A stretch of 63,546 bases of DNA, filler included. It is 13 parts of 13 records of this genome, joined end to end, with 100 filler letters (N's around TTAATTAATTAA, not from the genome) between each part and the next. Parts side by side here need not be neighbours in the genome. Positions count along the whole stretch, not along the records: positions 22,901 to 28,449 come from SRR7504441_7321; positions 28,550 to 33,120 come from SRR7504441_7327; positions 33,221 to 37,277 come from SRR7504441_7328; 10 more parts are not named here. One strand, written 5' to 3'. Within the stretch, counting starts at the first letter, position 1; each line of letters opens with the position of its first letter. This document shows, one piece after another, positions 22,901-36,809 of the stretch. The notes under the pieces were generated by a model, which ran no database searches, was not told the origin of the DNA, and saw only the letters and a list, made by a program, of their open reading frames with translations. The position numbers and the translations under genes are program-made.

Positions 22901-25766
22901 TCCAGAACTCTGCCCGGCGGATATTCACGTTGTCTGTCCTCAGCCGGAGGCTCCAGATCATCCCGCCCCACCTCCCGGAGCAGAACATCCGCTCGACATA
23001 TCTGGAGCAAGCACACACTCAGAGCACGGCAGCCAGCTGCAAGCACCTCCAAACAGACAGCCCGGTGCCAGGTGGCGGTGGCACACAGAGGAGCTTGTAC
23101 AGTACGCGCACAAACATCCGGCCAAAGCAGCCACGGTGCGAACTGTCGCGACTCTGCGCGTCTTGCTGGAGGTCTTGCAGAATTAAATCGTAGTCGGACC
23201 CACTGCTCTGCACCACGAGAGTGCCCGCGTTGCCGGCTGGCTGATTGACAGCGGGGTTGATCGGCTGTTGTTGCGCTGGTGCCTGGTGGAACTGGTTTCC
23301 AGACGCATTGGCCGGATGATATTGATCAAAGTGCCGCCAGAGCTTTTGAGCCTGTTCCTTGGACTCGGCAAACGAGCCAAGCAGTTCAAACACGGCAGCC
23401 TTGAACTGGATGGTCAGCTGACTGTAGCAATTGCCGATCAAGTCGAGCAGATGGTCAAAGACGCCATAATCGAGTAATTGATCACGCCGGTCTGCAAAAG
23501 CCTCCAGTTGCTCAGGGGCACAGCCCTCGGAGCTGATCAGTCGATTCACGCACGAGAAACCAGCAAGGAAGACCTGACCCCTCGACTCAACAGCGGCTGA
23601 CCGGGTGTGCGCGCCTGCTGCTCCCACTGCTCAATGCCGGTGAGAGTGCGGGCCTTGAGCTGGGTGGTAATCTCGTTCAGAGCACCAAAAAGGTATTGGA
23701 AATTGTTGCCAACCGATTGCTCAACGTAAAGCCTGCCCCTAACTCACTCTCCTGGCAGGGCGGGGCGGCACCAGTGGAATCCGAGCTGGGCGCAGTCCAG
23801 TGTGCCATTGGGCAAGCCGGCAGGGCACGCGGGCCCAGCCACCGCAGCAAGCATTCTGAAGTGCGCCTCATTGTAGAAGGGATGCCACTCGAGCACTTCG
23901 ATCGGCATGCAGGTCAGCTGCTCAAAAAACGGCTGGCCCGGCTCCCAAAACTCCCGCCGCTCGTCGAAGCAATCCTCTCCACAAGACTTATATAGCCCGG
24001 TGAGTACTGTGAGCAAGTCCAGCAGAACCTCCGGCCGACCAGTCTGCTGCCATTCCCAAAGCGTCCGGCTGCCCACTCGGATCAGCCACCGGGGCTGCCC
24101 AGGCACTCACCCGGCCGCCACATCCCCGAGCACAGCGTCGGGAGTGAGAGGGAGCTCCTCGGGCCTTTGCTGCCTGTTGAGCCAGCGTTCGGACCAGTCA
24201 ACCACAAGGGTACTCGATAGCCCGGAGTAAACCATCTCCCGGAGCAGCGCCGACACGATCCCCTTCATGAATCGGGCCGAGGTATGGAAATAGCCCTCCG
24301 GCCAGTCAGACCTGTCCCAGCCGCTCATATACTGGTGCAGGCTCCTGCGTTTACCAAAACGCAGGCGAGTAAGTCACTAGCAGCCCCAGCGACCGCAGCG
24401 CGTGCTGCCAGCCGCCCAGATCGCTCTCGCGGGCCAGTCCGTCCCCGAGGGCCAGATGCACCCGCTGGGATCCGCCAGCCTCGCCTACAGGCAGCCCGGT
24501 CCCCATCTCGAGCAGGCCTAGCGCGAGGTTTAGGATGGCGCAGCAGTCATCGAGACTCGGCGTGTACATGTTGCCCTCCACCGGCGGGCCCGGGTCCTTC
24601 CGGTGCTGCTGCTGCCCGGTGTAGCTGTCGAGCGCCTGGATGAACGGCTGCAGTTGCTCAAAAACCTGCGCGTGCCGCTCCGAAGGCGCGAGCAGTGCAG
24701 AGAGCATGGCAGAGAGGAGGGCCATCAGGATGCACGGGACCACGATGTGACGCACCTTCTCGTCCTGGTGGTACAGCTTCATCAGCTCGAACAGGTGGTG
24801 AGCCTCCGAGGCCTGATCCTCCGGCTGTAGCCATCCCTGCGAGCTCGCATGGTAGTGTGTCCAGAAGAGCGCTGTGGCCAGGTGCTCCTTCTCGATGCAT
24901 ACAAACCCGCCGTACCGGGCGTCGGCCTGTGCGCACTGCGGCACCGGGAGCATCGGCTGCTGCTGTGGGAGCATGCTCTGTACCAGCAGGCAGGGCAGCT
25001 GCTGCGCCCTGTACTTCTCCCTGCTCTGAGCGTCATGCGAGCTGTCGTTCGGGAGCACCCACTTCTCGAACGGGGCGATCAGCCACTTGTTGAACTGGGT
25101 GATCTGCTGCTGCACCCCTCCCTGGCTGCCCTCTCCGAACGAGGCTGCCGTGAGCAGCTGGAGCAGCACCTCTAACTTCATCCGCCGCTCCGTGAAGAAT
25201 AAGTCGACCACCCCCCAGAACGCCGGCCAGGATTCGACCCCGCCGAGCCCCTGGGCCAGCCGCCGCCCGAACTCGGTATCCCGCTGCTCGAGCAGCCTGA
25301 GCACTTCGAACTCTGAGAGCGCGAGCAACTTACTCATGTGCTCCACCACCAGCTTCTTCTCGTCGTCCATCGGGATGGTCCGCCCATTGGGCCAGACCAG
25401 GCTGTACCCGTTGCCCAGCGGGTCGTGATTCGGGTCCGGCAGCGTCAGCGAATTCACCTCCGACGATTTGATCTGCGGCCCCGGGTGAGCGCTGCCCGGC
25501 CGCCGGCGCACCCGGGCGAGAGCCTGGTCGCTGTTGGGGGACCTGCGGGCCCAGAGGCGGTGGGTGCGGCTGCAGGGGGTAAGGGAGCACCTCTGGAGCA
25601 GCTTTTTAAAGTGCAGGTGCTTCTTCACCTCCTCCAGCTTGTCGGCCAGCGTCTCCGCGTTGGTCGGCAGCCCAGCGTCGGCCTCCACAATGCATCGCTT
25701 GAGGTCGCCCCACCAGTCGCGGTCGCTCGAGCCGTAGATCGCAGCCACCCCGGCCTGCGTCGACAT
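22901..25766 (-). CDS. Nucleoporin Nup205/Nup192-like, N-terminal part (3' truncated)
   Basis: Large helical protein; MSKLLALSEFEVLRLL, FFTERRMKLEVL, FKAAVFELLGSFA and E.REYP resemble Nup205 segments; multiple short introns. Confidence 0.55.
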
Positions 25767-25938
25767 TCCCCCGCCGCCGACACACGCCGAGTCGGTGGCC
25801 CGTGCCTCGGGGTGCTTCCGAACAAATAATAAAATAAAAATAATAAATTCAGCGCCCCGGGCTTAGGCGGTGTGACTGACTGGCTGAGGGCCGAGAGCTT
25901 CTCCTTACTGTGCGAGAGCAGCAGCGCAGGGCGCAGCG

Positions 25939-28250
25939 ATGGCGGAGGCATCCCAGGCCGACGAGGCCGGCGAGGTGGCCAAGCTGAAGGAGCAGCTCAC
26001 CCGGGCGATGCGCGGCTTCCAGCAGATGAAGCTGCAGGTCGGCACACCACTGTCCCGGCGGGCTGACCCACTCACCGCAGGCTGACAAGCAGGCTGCCGA
26101 GCTCGCGGCGTGTCAGCAGGCCCGGGAGGCGGCCGAGCAGCGGGCGGCTGAGCTCTCCACCCGGCATGACGACGCCCAGCAGGTGGCGTGTGCGGGGCCG
26201 GCGGCTGAGCCGGGGGGCAGCTGGGCGGGGACGAAGCCGAACTGCAGGTGGAGCTGGAGCTTGCCAACGCCCGGCTGTCGGAGAGCACGATGCAGCTGGA
26301 GGGGGTCCAGCTCGAACTGAGCCAGCAGCAGCAGCAGGCCGCCGACAAGGCGCCCAGGCCGGCAGCCGGCAGAGCTCTGACCGGTCCGGGCAGATATCCG
26401 ATCTGAATAAAAGGCTGGAGGCCCAGGAGCAGCTGCGGGTGTCGTCTGTCGAGAACGCAGTCGCTCAGGTCAGCCCCCCCCCCGGGGGCGCGGTAGATTG
26501 GCCGCAGGAACGGGCCAAGTTCAGCGACGCACAGATGGCGCAGGCCAAGGCCGAGAAAGAGCTCATCCTGTTGCGGGCGAAGGCGCGGGAGCGGCCGGGG
26601 CGGGCCGAGGCGCCGCAGGTGGATGAGCTGGAGGATTCGACCATGGTGAAGGCGAACGAGTCGATGAGCGCTATGGCGAGGATCGAGGCGACTGGCGCTG
26701 TCGACAGTGGCGTGAGTGAGCGCAGGTACTAGAGGGGCAGCTGCGGGATGCAAGCCACGGGTGGGACCTGGCGAAGGGGCAGCTCACGCTGCGGACTAAG
26801 GAAGTGGAGGTGATTTAGGAGCCACTGCACGGGCTGACACGAGTGTGCAGAAACTGCAGGCAGCAGGGGCTGAGCTGAAGGACGCCAAACTGCGAGTGGA
26901 AGAATCGCTGAACCAAGCGGAGCAGCAGCTGACCTTCACCAGCCAGGAGAGGGACTTAGTGCGTGCTGAGACCGAGGAGCTCAAGAACATGGAGCAAGAC
27001 AGCGCCACACAGATAGGCCAATACGAGAAGGTAGCTGCCGGGCTGTGCAGACCAATAAGGCTCTGGGTGTAGCGGATTGCAGCGGAGCAGGCCGAGCACG
27101 CGCAGGCGCTGGAGAGGCTGGCGATTGAGCTGAGTGAGGCTCAAGAGGCGGCTCAGACTGCTTCGGAGGTAGCCAGTCGGGCTGATTCCTGCTTGCTCAG
27201 TGGGCTGTGACAGGAGCTGGAGCAGGCCCTAGCAAATCAGAGCAGCAAGGCGCACCTGGAGGGGAAGATACAGGCTCTGGAGCGAATCAATAGCAAGCTG
27301 CAAGTGCGAGTGGACAGCTTTGATGCACAGGCATGCGGACTGGCTGGACTGGACTGACAGGGTCTTTATTTTAGTTGGATGAGCAGGATACACAGCACAA
27401 GTTGAATGAGAAGAAGAACACAAAGATGATCCGAGAGCTCAAGGGCCAACTGCTCAAGCAAGTCGAAAGGACGCGGACGCTTGAGGAGGAATCAAAGGAA
27501 CTCAAGTGACTCCATAAGCACAAGAGTGTGTGACTCAGGGCTGGTTGGGATAGGGCCCATCAGGAACATCGGAGCGCCATTCTTTCAAACAGGTCCCGGA
27601 GCAACACGGTGGGATCCGCGGGGCGCACGACCCCCGGCTCGACCAGGCAACCGCTGCGTGTTCTGGCAGAGCTGAGAGCAAGGGGCAGGAGTGAGGTCGA
27701 AGATGTGGACAATATGTCCCCAGATACACTCAACTTCCAACTAGAAACACAGGTGCCACGAGCACCTCTGAGATGTCCCACTGCGCCCCAGTCCTGCTGC
27801 GCTTGGTGTTAGGATGTGGCTTATAGCTCTCGCTGAGTGGGGCCACAGCTCGAGGAGGCGCACGAGGAGCTTCAGAGAAAAGAGGAGATGCTAAACCACT
27901 ACCTCAGGTGCTCTGCTGGGCCTTTGAGTCGGGTTGAGTGTGTTGGCTTGCAGGAATGCCCAGACTAAAGGGTTGACCTCCATGGAGAGTGATATTCTGG
28001 CATCGCAGCAAGGCCTAGAGGAGATCAAGTGCAATGCCGGGATTTGGGGAATGTTTGCTAACCAAAAAGAGATGGTGCCCGCTTGCCAAGAGACTGGCTT
28101 CCTTAGTGTTGACAGGTGGACGGCGATGTACATAACAAGCTCAAAGAGGTGCTAGAGGAGACGCTACTTGAAAACATTCGACTAAAGCAAGACGTGGAGG
28201 CAATGGGCAACGAGGTAGAGCGATTAGCGAGCGAACTACAAAATAAATAG
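25939..28250 (+). CDS. Long coiled-coil protein, GRIPAP1/GRASP-1-like C-terminus; many introns
   Basis: Heptad-rich exons; C-terminal NKLKEVLEETLLENIRLKQDVEAMGNEVERL. Confidence 0.55.
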
Positions 28251-28549
28251 TGCTCACTATACGTATATTCCACAATCATCAGGAGAACTGAACAGCACGT
28301 GTGTGTATATTCTCCAACAACAGACATTAATTAATTTTCATCGACGCCACGATTTGGACAACCCTGCACAGGAACTAGATCTAACGGAACTCAACTCTCC
28401 CGGCAGACTGGGACCCGCAATGCCCATCCGGCCGTGGCCGACTCTGGTGNNNNNNNNNNNNNNNNNNNNNNNNNNNNNNNNNNNNNNNNNNNNTTAATTA
28501 ATTAANNNNNNNNNNNNNNNNNNNNNNNNNNNNNNNNNNNNNNNNNNNN

Positions 28550-29321
28550 GCTTCATTATCCACCGAGCCAGCTCGGCCGAATTGGACGGCTCCACATCGC
28601 CCGGCCCGACTGGTACCGCCTCCTCAGCCGCCTCAGCTGCAGCCGGCTCCTCCGCCGCGTCTGGTTCGGCCCCTCCCGATTCCTCCGTCGCAGGCGCCTC
28701 GAGTGGGGCATCGGCGCTGATCCAATCAGCAGCCACCCTCTTCGCAGGCGACGTGGGCTCCTCCGGAGACACCGGCGCCTCCACATGCAACGGCTCAATG
28801 TCGCTGAGGTCGCTACCTTCGTCCTCGTCCACCGCCTGCATGGATGCCTCCTGCGGCGGCCGCTCAGCCCGCAGCCCGGCCCCTGGCACACCTCGCCGGC
28901 CGCGGGCTCCACGCTGCTGACCTCGATCGAGCGCGCCCCCTCCTTGCGCAGCTGTGTCACCCACGGCTGGGCGTGATCCACCGACGGCCAGCTGAGCTCC
29001 CACCGGATACTCTTCGATGGCGAAAACAGCGCCGGGGCGGTCGCCTCGATGTAGAATAACGCCGGAAACTTGGCAGTTGGCCCCCACTGGCGGACCGCCG
29101 AGAGTCGGGCCAGCTCAAGCCGCCGGTACGGCTGCTTGCCTTTGGGGTAGTCCTCCGACCGCTGGAACCAGAGCAGTTCCGTCTCGGTTAGAACAAAGAA
29201 TCTGCCCCCGCCCGCTCTGGCCGGCGCCGGCGGGCCGAGCGTGCCTGGGCTTGTAGCGGACATGGAAGGTGCCGGTGCGGGCGTGCACCCGGCCCGAGAA
29301 TACCACTGCCGGCTCTGACAT
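28550..29321 (-). CDS. PH-domain protein (3' truncated; GC-AG intron 29202-29244)
   Basis: Spliced VVFSGRV....FHVRYKPRFFVLTETELLWF...WVTQLRK fits a PH fold. Confidence 0.7.
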
Positions 29322-29443
29322 CCCTCCCCCCTGCGCAAACAACCAGGCCTACCCCAGCAACCAGGCCACCCCCAGCTGGAGCGCTCCCGCAACGGCAACA
29401 GCGAGCGCGCCACAGGGCGCAGTGCTGCAGCCGCTGCGGGAGG

Positions 29444-30150
29444 ATGGTAAAAGTCAACCCGTTGCTGACCCGGATCAGCAACGCCAAGGCCGCCACCGAG
29501 GAGGCCAAGGGCGATACGAACGATGCCAAGGGGCTCAAGGTGGACCTGGCACTCAACGCAGAGAAGTGGAAGCTGGAGGGGAAGAACAAGAGCAATCGCC
29601 CGCACAAGAGCCGGAAGGCCCGGTGCGGGCGGGCAGCGGGACTGCCAGCGAGGCTGGGTGGGCGCAGGTTCTCGTCCACGATTAGCAAGAACAAGGTGGC
29701 GACCTTCGCGGAGCGAATGGCCGAGAAGCAGCGCAAGTCGGACCTCAAGGCCCGCGAGAAGGAGCTGGTCGACGACCGGGTGGCGGAGAAGAGGGTGCGG
29801 GCGAGCCGGGCACGCGGTCCGAGCGGGCCGGGGGCAGCGGCAGCGGGAGGCTCGGAAGGAGAAGGAGGCGAAGAAGCGCGAGAACGAGATCAAATCGTCC
29901 ACTTTCCAGAAGATTTCATCGGACAAGTCCGGCACGACCGACCGACAGGGGCGATTCGGGGGGCAGGGTGAAGAAGCTTGGTAAGAAGCAGCTGCGGATG
30001 ATCCAGAAGGTGGACTTTGATCAGATAAAAGACGCCAGAATAGGGGTTGGGATGCGGACTGCGTTTGGCGGTGATCGGCCTGGCTCGGCTTGGCTGAGGA
30101 CCGCGGCAGGGCTGAAGGAGCGGGGCTCAAACGGAAAGACGCGCCGATGA
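29444..30150 (+). CDS. Small Lys-rich protein, Cgr1/CCDC86-like (rRNA processing)
   Basis: FAERMAEKQ..DLKAREKEL, KKRENEIKSSTFQKI and VKKLGKKQLRMIQK, after three short introns. Confidence 0.7.
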
Positions 30151-30425
30151 CAACAGCCGTGCCGCGCATACCGCAACGTATTTGCGTCTAACTTAAAAGA
30201 CTATTTACTTCACTGTACTGGTACGTACCTACGAGTAATACGATACGAGTACGCCCTTGTGTGAATGCTGGCATCTGGCCTAAGCCACTGTGCTGTAAGC
30301 AGTTGTAGGCGATCAATGCGTATCGGCTCCCTAAAACACGCTAAAGTCAGCGGCATGGACCGCAGTGAAGCCTCTCAAAGGTCGGGAGCCCACAAGCCTC
30401 CACAGGCCACAAACAGTGACACCGA

Positions 30426-31748
30426 ATGGCCGGCATGGCAAAGCGGCTCCTGAGCTTCGGCTGGCTGCTGCTAGCGGCCACCCACGCGCTGCGCATCACC
30501 AACTGCACCCAGCAGCGTATCCGTCCAGGCGCCAGTCCCCTCGCCTCGGCCCTGAGCCCCCCGCAGGCGGACACGCAGCGGCTTCAGTACAAGACAGGTT
30601 CGCCTTGTTTGCCCTGGACGCCCCCAAGGACGCGGCCGACGCCGGCGCGGTGGACATCTACGACGCCGAGCAACGGAAGTGGACCGTCAGCCGGCTGGCT
30701 GGCGGGGGGCGGACCAACATGTGTGCCACCCAGTGGGAGCACCTTGCCGTCTTCGCCGGGGGAGGCCCGCACAGGGGTGAGCCCAAGTCCCGTTCGGTGC
30801 TCGCCAGCGGCTTCTGGTGGACCCGGAAGGCAGGTGGACGCGTGGGACAGTCGGACCGGAGAGTGGCGGCTGTACAATATGAGCCTGGGGAGAGATTTGC
30901 TCGCCTGCGCGTCGGTCGGGCCATTCACGCTGTTCGCCGGAGGCTCGGCCCCCCAAGCCAACCAGAGTGAGGTGTGGCCGAGCGCGGCGGCCCGGCCTGT
31001 GAGCCGAGTCGCGTGTGCAGACGGCTGTGGTTGAAATCTGGGACCATCGCTCCGACAGCTGGTCTATGGCCAGACTATCCCAGCCTCGCAAAAAGCCCGA
31101 AGCGGTGACGGTTGGGACTAAAATTGTGATTGCTGGCGGAGAGATCGCCAAGCCTGGGCTGTTGGGTGGATACACGGATGTGGTGGATATCTTCGATAGC
31201 CAAACAATGAAATGGACCAGCGCTCGGCTCTCAGTTGCCCGCCAGTATTTCGGGGCGGCGATGGCCACGCCAGAGCTCGCCGTGTTTGCTGGTGGGTTCG
31301 CGCCCGCCGGAATCACCAGTCGTCTCGGAGTGGTCGATATTTACAATGTGACTTCCGGACTTTGGAGCACTGCAGCTCTTTCTGTTAACAGATCCAACTT
31401 GCATGGAGCCAATGTGGCCGGGCGGTATGCAGCATTTGGCAGTGGAAACATCGACGCCGCCAGCAAAATGGCGTTCGACCTCTTTGATGGTCTCACCGGC
31501 GAGTGGCTCGGGTGAGTTTTGAGCCGTTGATAGACTGATTGATCCGGACTGAGTAGAGGGATTGGCAGGACACACGGGCATCATCTGGACTTGCCAGCTG
31601 TGGCTGGGGTGCGGAACCTGGCGCTTTTCGCAGGGCAGGATGGGAAGGTGCCTTCATAGCTGAATAGACTCTTGATAGACCCTGATTGGCCTGTTTGATG
31701 AAGGTGGATGCGCTGGCCATCGACGGTGATTGTTCGGCCTTGCCATAA
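30426..31748 (+). CDS. Secreted Kelch-repeat protein (end approximate)
   Basis: Signal peptide; repeated VDIYD...W..A.LS..R and LFAGG blades. Confidence 0.7.
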
Positions 31749-31938
31749 ACTTGCCATACACTACGGGGGAAAATTGAGTATGAGAAGAAGGACTTTACAC
31801 CCTTTACTAAGACATGAAACGACCAGCTATGCATGCGTTATGGTCAATTAAAGCTGAACATCGACGAGCCTAGCTTAGTCTTGTGGTATGTGAGTTATAT
31901 GTGAGCACACGGTCGGTCAATCTACGGTCAATCATTAA

Positions 31939-33089
31939 TCAGTTGGCTTTCATCATCTTGAACAGGGGGAAAGTCTCCAACGGAGCATCCACCACCGAGG
32001 TGGTTCCTCCTTGGTACACCTTGCCAGTGAAATGGTGCTGCCACTGGGATCCTGCGGGAAAGTAAACCTGGCGTGACACCGCCTTCTCGACGTAGACTGG
32101 CGCCGCCATGTATTCACGGCCAAACATGTACTGATCTTGAATGCCCCACGTCTTGCTGTCTGCTGGAAAGTCGAACCACAGCGGCCGGTTCAGCGGGAGG
32201 CCAGAGTCGGCTGTCTGGCTGAGCTCTTGCACAATATAGGGCTTGAACTCTTCCCGCAGAGCCATGATCGCGCGCACGATTGTGAAGGAACGGTTGGATA
32301 GCAGCCAGGGCTCGGTGGCACGAGCCCCGTGTTGCCGGAACAGCGGGCAAGTGAACCCGAATTGGAACCAACGTACGATTAATTCGTTGAAGCTTGGATC
32401 GGCTGGATTGCCTCCCGCGTATCCGCCAATGTCTGTGGTCCACCAGGCAATCCCACTGAGCTGAACATTCTGTCCAGCTTGAATAGCGGTCGTGAGAAAA
32501 TCGAAATTCGAATGGGTGTCGCCGTTCCAGAGAGCGGCATGGTGCTTGCTCATACCTGCCCACGCGCTCCGGCTTAGCATCATAAAGTCTTTAGTCCCTG
32601 CTGCACTCATCCCCTCAAAGTAGGTTTGCGTGTGGTAATAAGGGAACATCATTCCCGTACGCTCGAGCGAGCCTGCGTGCCAGCTAGATCCTGGAGGGGT
32701 GCCCTGCATCTGCTCGGGCTCGGCCGCATCCAGCCAGAAGATCTCAATTCCGTAATCGAAATAGCCCTGCTTGACTTGACTCCACCAGTACTCTCGAGCG
32801 GCTGGGTTGGAAGCGTCGTACAGATAGCACGGCTTGCCACACACCCCATCGGGCCAGTCGACCGAATCGTGCACATCTGCTCCGGTGTAGACGGCGTACC
32901 CTTGCTGCTGGAGTGGGTGGTAGGTCTTGCTCTTGCCCTGGGAGAATGGCCAAGTGCTGACCATGACCCTTGTGCCGTCCTGCTTGAGAGAGGCCACCAT
33001 GGACTTGGGATCCGGAAACTTGCTCGGATCAAATGTCAAGTTGCCCATTACCGCCCAGTTGAAATAATCAATCACGAACACTGCCACCT
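31939..33089 (-). CDS. GH31 alpha-xylosidase/glucosidase-like, C-terminal part (5' truncated)
   Basis: VIDYFNW, FDPSKFPDP, FWLDAAEP (nucleophile), WNGD, TTDIGGY, RWFQFG and DQYMFG. Confidence 0.9.
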
Positions 33090-33220
33090 GACACACAGTA
33101 ATCTATCACACAGTAATCTTNNNNNNNNNNNNNNNNNNNNNNNNNNNNNNNNNNNNNNNNNNNNTTAATTAATTAANNNNNNNNNNNNNNNNNNNNNNNN
33201 NNNNNNNNNNNNNNNNNNNN

Positions 33221-33588
33221 TCCTGCACCGGCCTCCCACTCAACTCGTCGGTGGCGTAAAAGGTCCACGAGTCGCGCTGGCGCCGCATCTCGCCTCCCAG
33301 GCCTCCCTGGTCCACTGTGACTAGTGATTTCTGCCAGTTCCCACGGGCCAGGCGCAGCAGGAGGTCGCATTCCGCAGGCGTGAGCAGGTCCTCGATGCTC
33401 CAGATCATCGGGCTGTCGGCCAACAGCACCGGGACCGCCGGCCCAGCTGGTGCCGGTTGGTGTTGGCGGGCACCCCACAGCGTGGCAGCCAGCCCGGCCA
33501 CCAGCCCGGCCGACAGTACCCCCAGCGCCCACAGAGCCCCACCGGTCGCTGACGGCTTGACTGCCGGTTCCCGCGGCCGCCGCGGCAT
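33221..33588 (-). CDS. Prolyl 4-hydroxylase-like 2OG oxygenase, N-terminal fragment
   Basis: N-terminal TM anchor, then SPMIWSIEDLLTPAECDLLLRLA...KSLV...RDSWT. Confidence 0.7.
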
Positions 33589-33672
33589 CTCCCACAGGTG
33601 AGTTGAGGACCCCTGTCCCCCAGCAGGCCCGAGAGTGAAATAACGGCAGCAAGGTCGCGGTCAAGTGGGTCA

Positions 33673-35772
33673 ATGGCGACGCTGCCTGAGGTGCTGGCAG
33701 AGGACGTGCTGCTGGCCACGCTGCAGCACCTGCCCGGGCAGCGGCTTCTCGACGTCGGGGCCACCTGCGTGCTCCTCCGGCAGCGGGCTCGCCACTCTTG
33801 CTTCCTCTGGCGGGCGGTGGCCCACCGGTGGCTGGGAGATTCTCTGGTCGGGCTGCACGAAGTCGGCTGGGCCCAACCGCTGAACGCCTCCTTCTACTAT
33901 CGGCTGTTCAAGGCGGCCCGGATAGGAGATAGCTGGAGCTTCCACCACAAGATCCGGCGCACATGCGTGGCGAGCTTGCGGGACGAGATGACCGCCAGCA
34001 CGCCCGGGGCGCCCCCCAGCCCGGCGGAGGTGACGGACAAGCTCCGGGTGCTGCTGGCGGCCTCGGGGCACACGGCGGTGGCGGTCAAGCACCTCGTGGT
34101 CAAGATGGGCGGCTGGACCGGCCACCAAGCCCCGGCCGGCCAGAACTTGGCGGACTGCACAGCCGTGATCGACCTGCAGAAGCTCACGCTGTTCCAGCCA
34201 GAGTTCACCCCGACTGAGCTCAACCCCCCTGCCCGGCTGCGTCACGCCATGTGCGCCATCCGGCCGGCCCGGCTGTCGGGCGTCGCTCGACGAGGTGCGT
34301 GCTTCTGAGCTAATGCGGGCTGATACATGGGCAGCTGGGGCGATGCCGTGTGTGCTGGTGCTCGGAGGCTGTAACATCGAGTCCAAGGAGCCGGTGGGCA
34401 ACGGGCTCCAATCGCTGCTGATCGCCGAGTTTCTCACCGATGACGGCCGCAAGATGGTCAGACCGCCCGCTGTGCTGCACTGAATCTTCATGCGCCCCAC
34501 AGGCCTGGCATTGCACCGAAGCGTCCGGGAGCGCCCCCGGCGCCATATGGCACCACGGCTGCGGCTCGTTCAGCGCCGGGAAGCGGGTGGTGGCGTATGG
34601 CGGCGACATGCCTCTGGAAGATCCAGAGTACAGCCACATTGCAGACCGCCAGACAGCGCAGCATGTTTACGTACTCGAGGTGCGCTGGCGGCCAGCGTCT
34701 GGCTCGACCGGTGCGGGCAGGTGGACCATGCGGTTTGGTCCCGGGTGCACACGGCCGGTCCAGGCCCGTCATGGCGATCTCTGCATGTGGCGGTGCGGAG
34801 CAACGCAGTGCGAGGTCGAAATCAAGGTCCAGGTGACTCACTCGGCGTTCGAAGACTCGTCCGAGTGTTTGATTGTGTTTGGCGGCACCGAGGAGCACTT
34901 GGAGATTTTCAGCTCCGGCCCGGTATGCGTGACGCGCTGCTGTGGCACTGAGTCTGCGCAGGTATCAGACATGCTCCCGTACGCGCTCGATTTGGCGAGC
35001 ATGACTTGGCGGCAAGGTTAGATCGTCGCCCGGTCAGGCTGATCAGGCACAGGCGACCCGACCAAGATGTGTCCGGCGCCTCGGCTGCGCTTTGCTGCGG
35101 AGCGGTCGCTGACGTGACGGCCTGCTGGCTGAGCGGCGGGGCAGGTATGGCCAGCACCTGCTAGTGTACGGTGGGCACGGCGACAGCGGGCACCTGCCGG
35201 ATGAGTAGGTCGCTGCAGTGCTCGGCCCTGAGCAGGTGGCAGGGACCAGCTGCTCAAATTGGACTTGGCCAGGCTCGAGTGGCACAAGGCGGCCGTGCAT
35301 AACAGTCCATTTGGGCACAAGAACACGCCCGCCTCGGCACTCGCTGGTGGGTGCCTGATCGGAGGCGTGGACATGACCGGTTTTGGCATAAGACCGGTGA
35401 CGGTCGGAGCGTGCGGTCTGAGGGTGGACAGGTGCCCAAATTTGATGTGCTGGTGCTTGCGGGCGAGGGGGTCGACGTGGAGGAGCCGGATGTGACGGAG
35501 GCGCTGGAGGAGGAGCAGCAGCAAGAGCTTATGGTGCCTGTGCACCTGCAAGACGAGGCCGGGCACATCACGGTGCGGCGGCTGGGGCCAGGCGTGAAGT
35601 CTGGAGGCAGGTGGTGCAAGTGCCGCAGCATGTGCTGATGCAGCTGATGCAGCAGCAAGCGGCGGCCGAGCCGGGCCCGCAAGAGAGCTCGTCCGAGTCA
35701 TCCGACGCATCCTCGGATGATTCTGAGGAGGAAGCGCCGCCGCAAGGCGAGGAGCAGCACGAGCTGGCATGA
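33673..35772 (+). CDS. F-box-like + Kelch-repeat protein with acidic C-terminus
   Basis: N-terminal LAEDVLLATLQHL..QRLLDVGATC....LW; Kelch-type PARLRHAM, VLGG, APGAIWHH and IVFGG. Confidence 0.6.
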
Positions 35773-36007
35773 GATCGAATTAAGATAAATAGTTGGCGCC
35801 GACCTCCTCCAATAAGTCTCCAGATGGTTATGAAAAGAATTATTGTACTACCGGTACAGTACATTATTACATGTACATGATTGTATTTAAATCGTTTGCG
35901 TGTTCTTGTAAGTGTTTGAATTCCTCGTACTACTCGCTACGACTACTCGCTTGGCGGCTATCGCTTGGAATGAGTTAAAAACGATCTACATGCGTATTAT
36001 AGTATCA

Positions 36008-36764
36008 TTACGGTCCAAACAACATATCCGCGTCGGAATCTTCGTCACAACCCCCTGCGGCTTCTTGTAAAGCTTTCACACATCTCTTGAGCTGTTTGGT
36101 AATGTCCTTCATGCCTGCTTGCACTCCGCATTCAATACTGTCGGTGATACTTTCAGCATCATAAGGATGATCCTCTAGATAATTATTAAGCGTGCTCAGC
36201 TCTGCAGTCACGTCGCTCAGGTGGTCGGCGACTCCTGTGATCCCCTCTCTGTTGGTAGACCCCACGTGTGCATTTTTCACATGCATGTCCACCTGACCAT
36301 CAATCTGCTGACACAGCCCCTGCCCCAGGTTTCACTGAGCTCGCTGGCATCACAAGCACCTGCAGCTGGTAAAACTCCGCCTCGAGCCGGAGCTCCATCA
36401 GCTGACACGGTGGCAGCAGCGCTGACACGTCAAACTCCTCCTGGTTTCTGTTTCCCGATATCGGTCAGCCCGTCAAGGCCTTGTCGTACCGTCGTTTTGA
36501 CTTACCCGATATCGTATACGGCGGCCGCCGGCCCGGCATTCGGGCGCCGCAGCGGAGGTAGTTGAGTATGTGCCGGAAGTGTGTAGGGTCGCGGTCCAGG
36601 AAAACGGCCTCCGACTGCAGAATGAGGCGATGCTGCAGCAAGGCGGTGAAGAAGTTGGGGCCGTCGTTGTTCAGGGTGGTCCGCGTGGTGTGGAAAAGCT
36701 GCCCGCCCACATCCAGCTGCACCCTGTCGGTGCTGCCCTGCTCCGGAGGGGCAGCGCAGCTCAT
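36008..36764 (-). CDS. BTB/POZ (KCTD/T1-type) domain protein
   Basis: VQLDVGGQLFHTTRTTL...NFFTALL...FLDRDPTHFRHILNYLR. Confidence 0.85.
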
Positions 36765-36809
36765 CAGGTGCCGGAATCTCACAGCTTAACGGCAAACACG
36801 CCGAGCGGG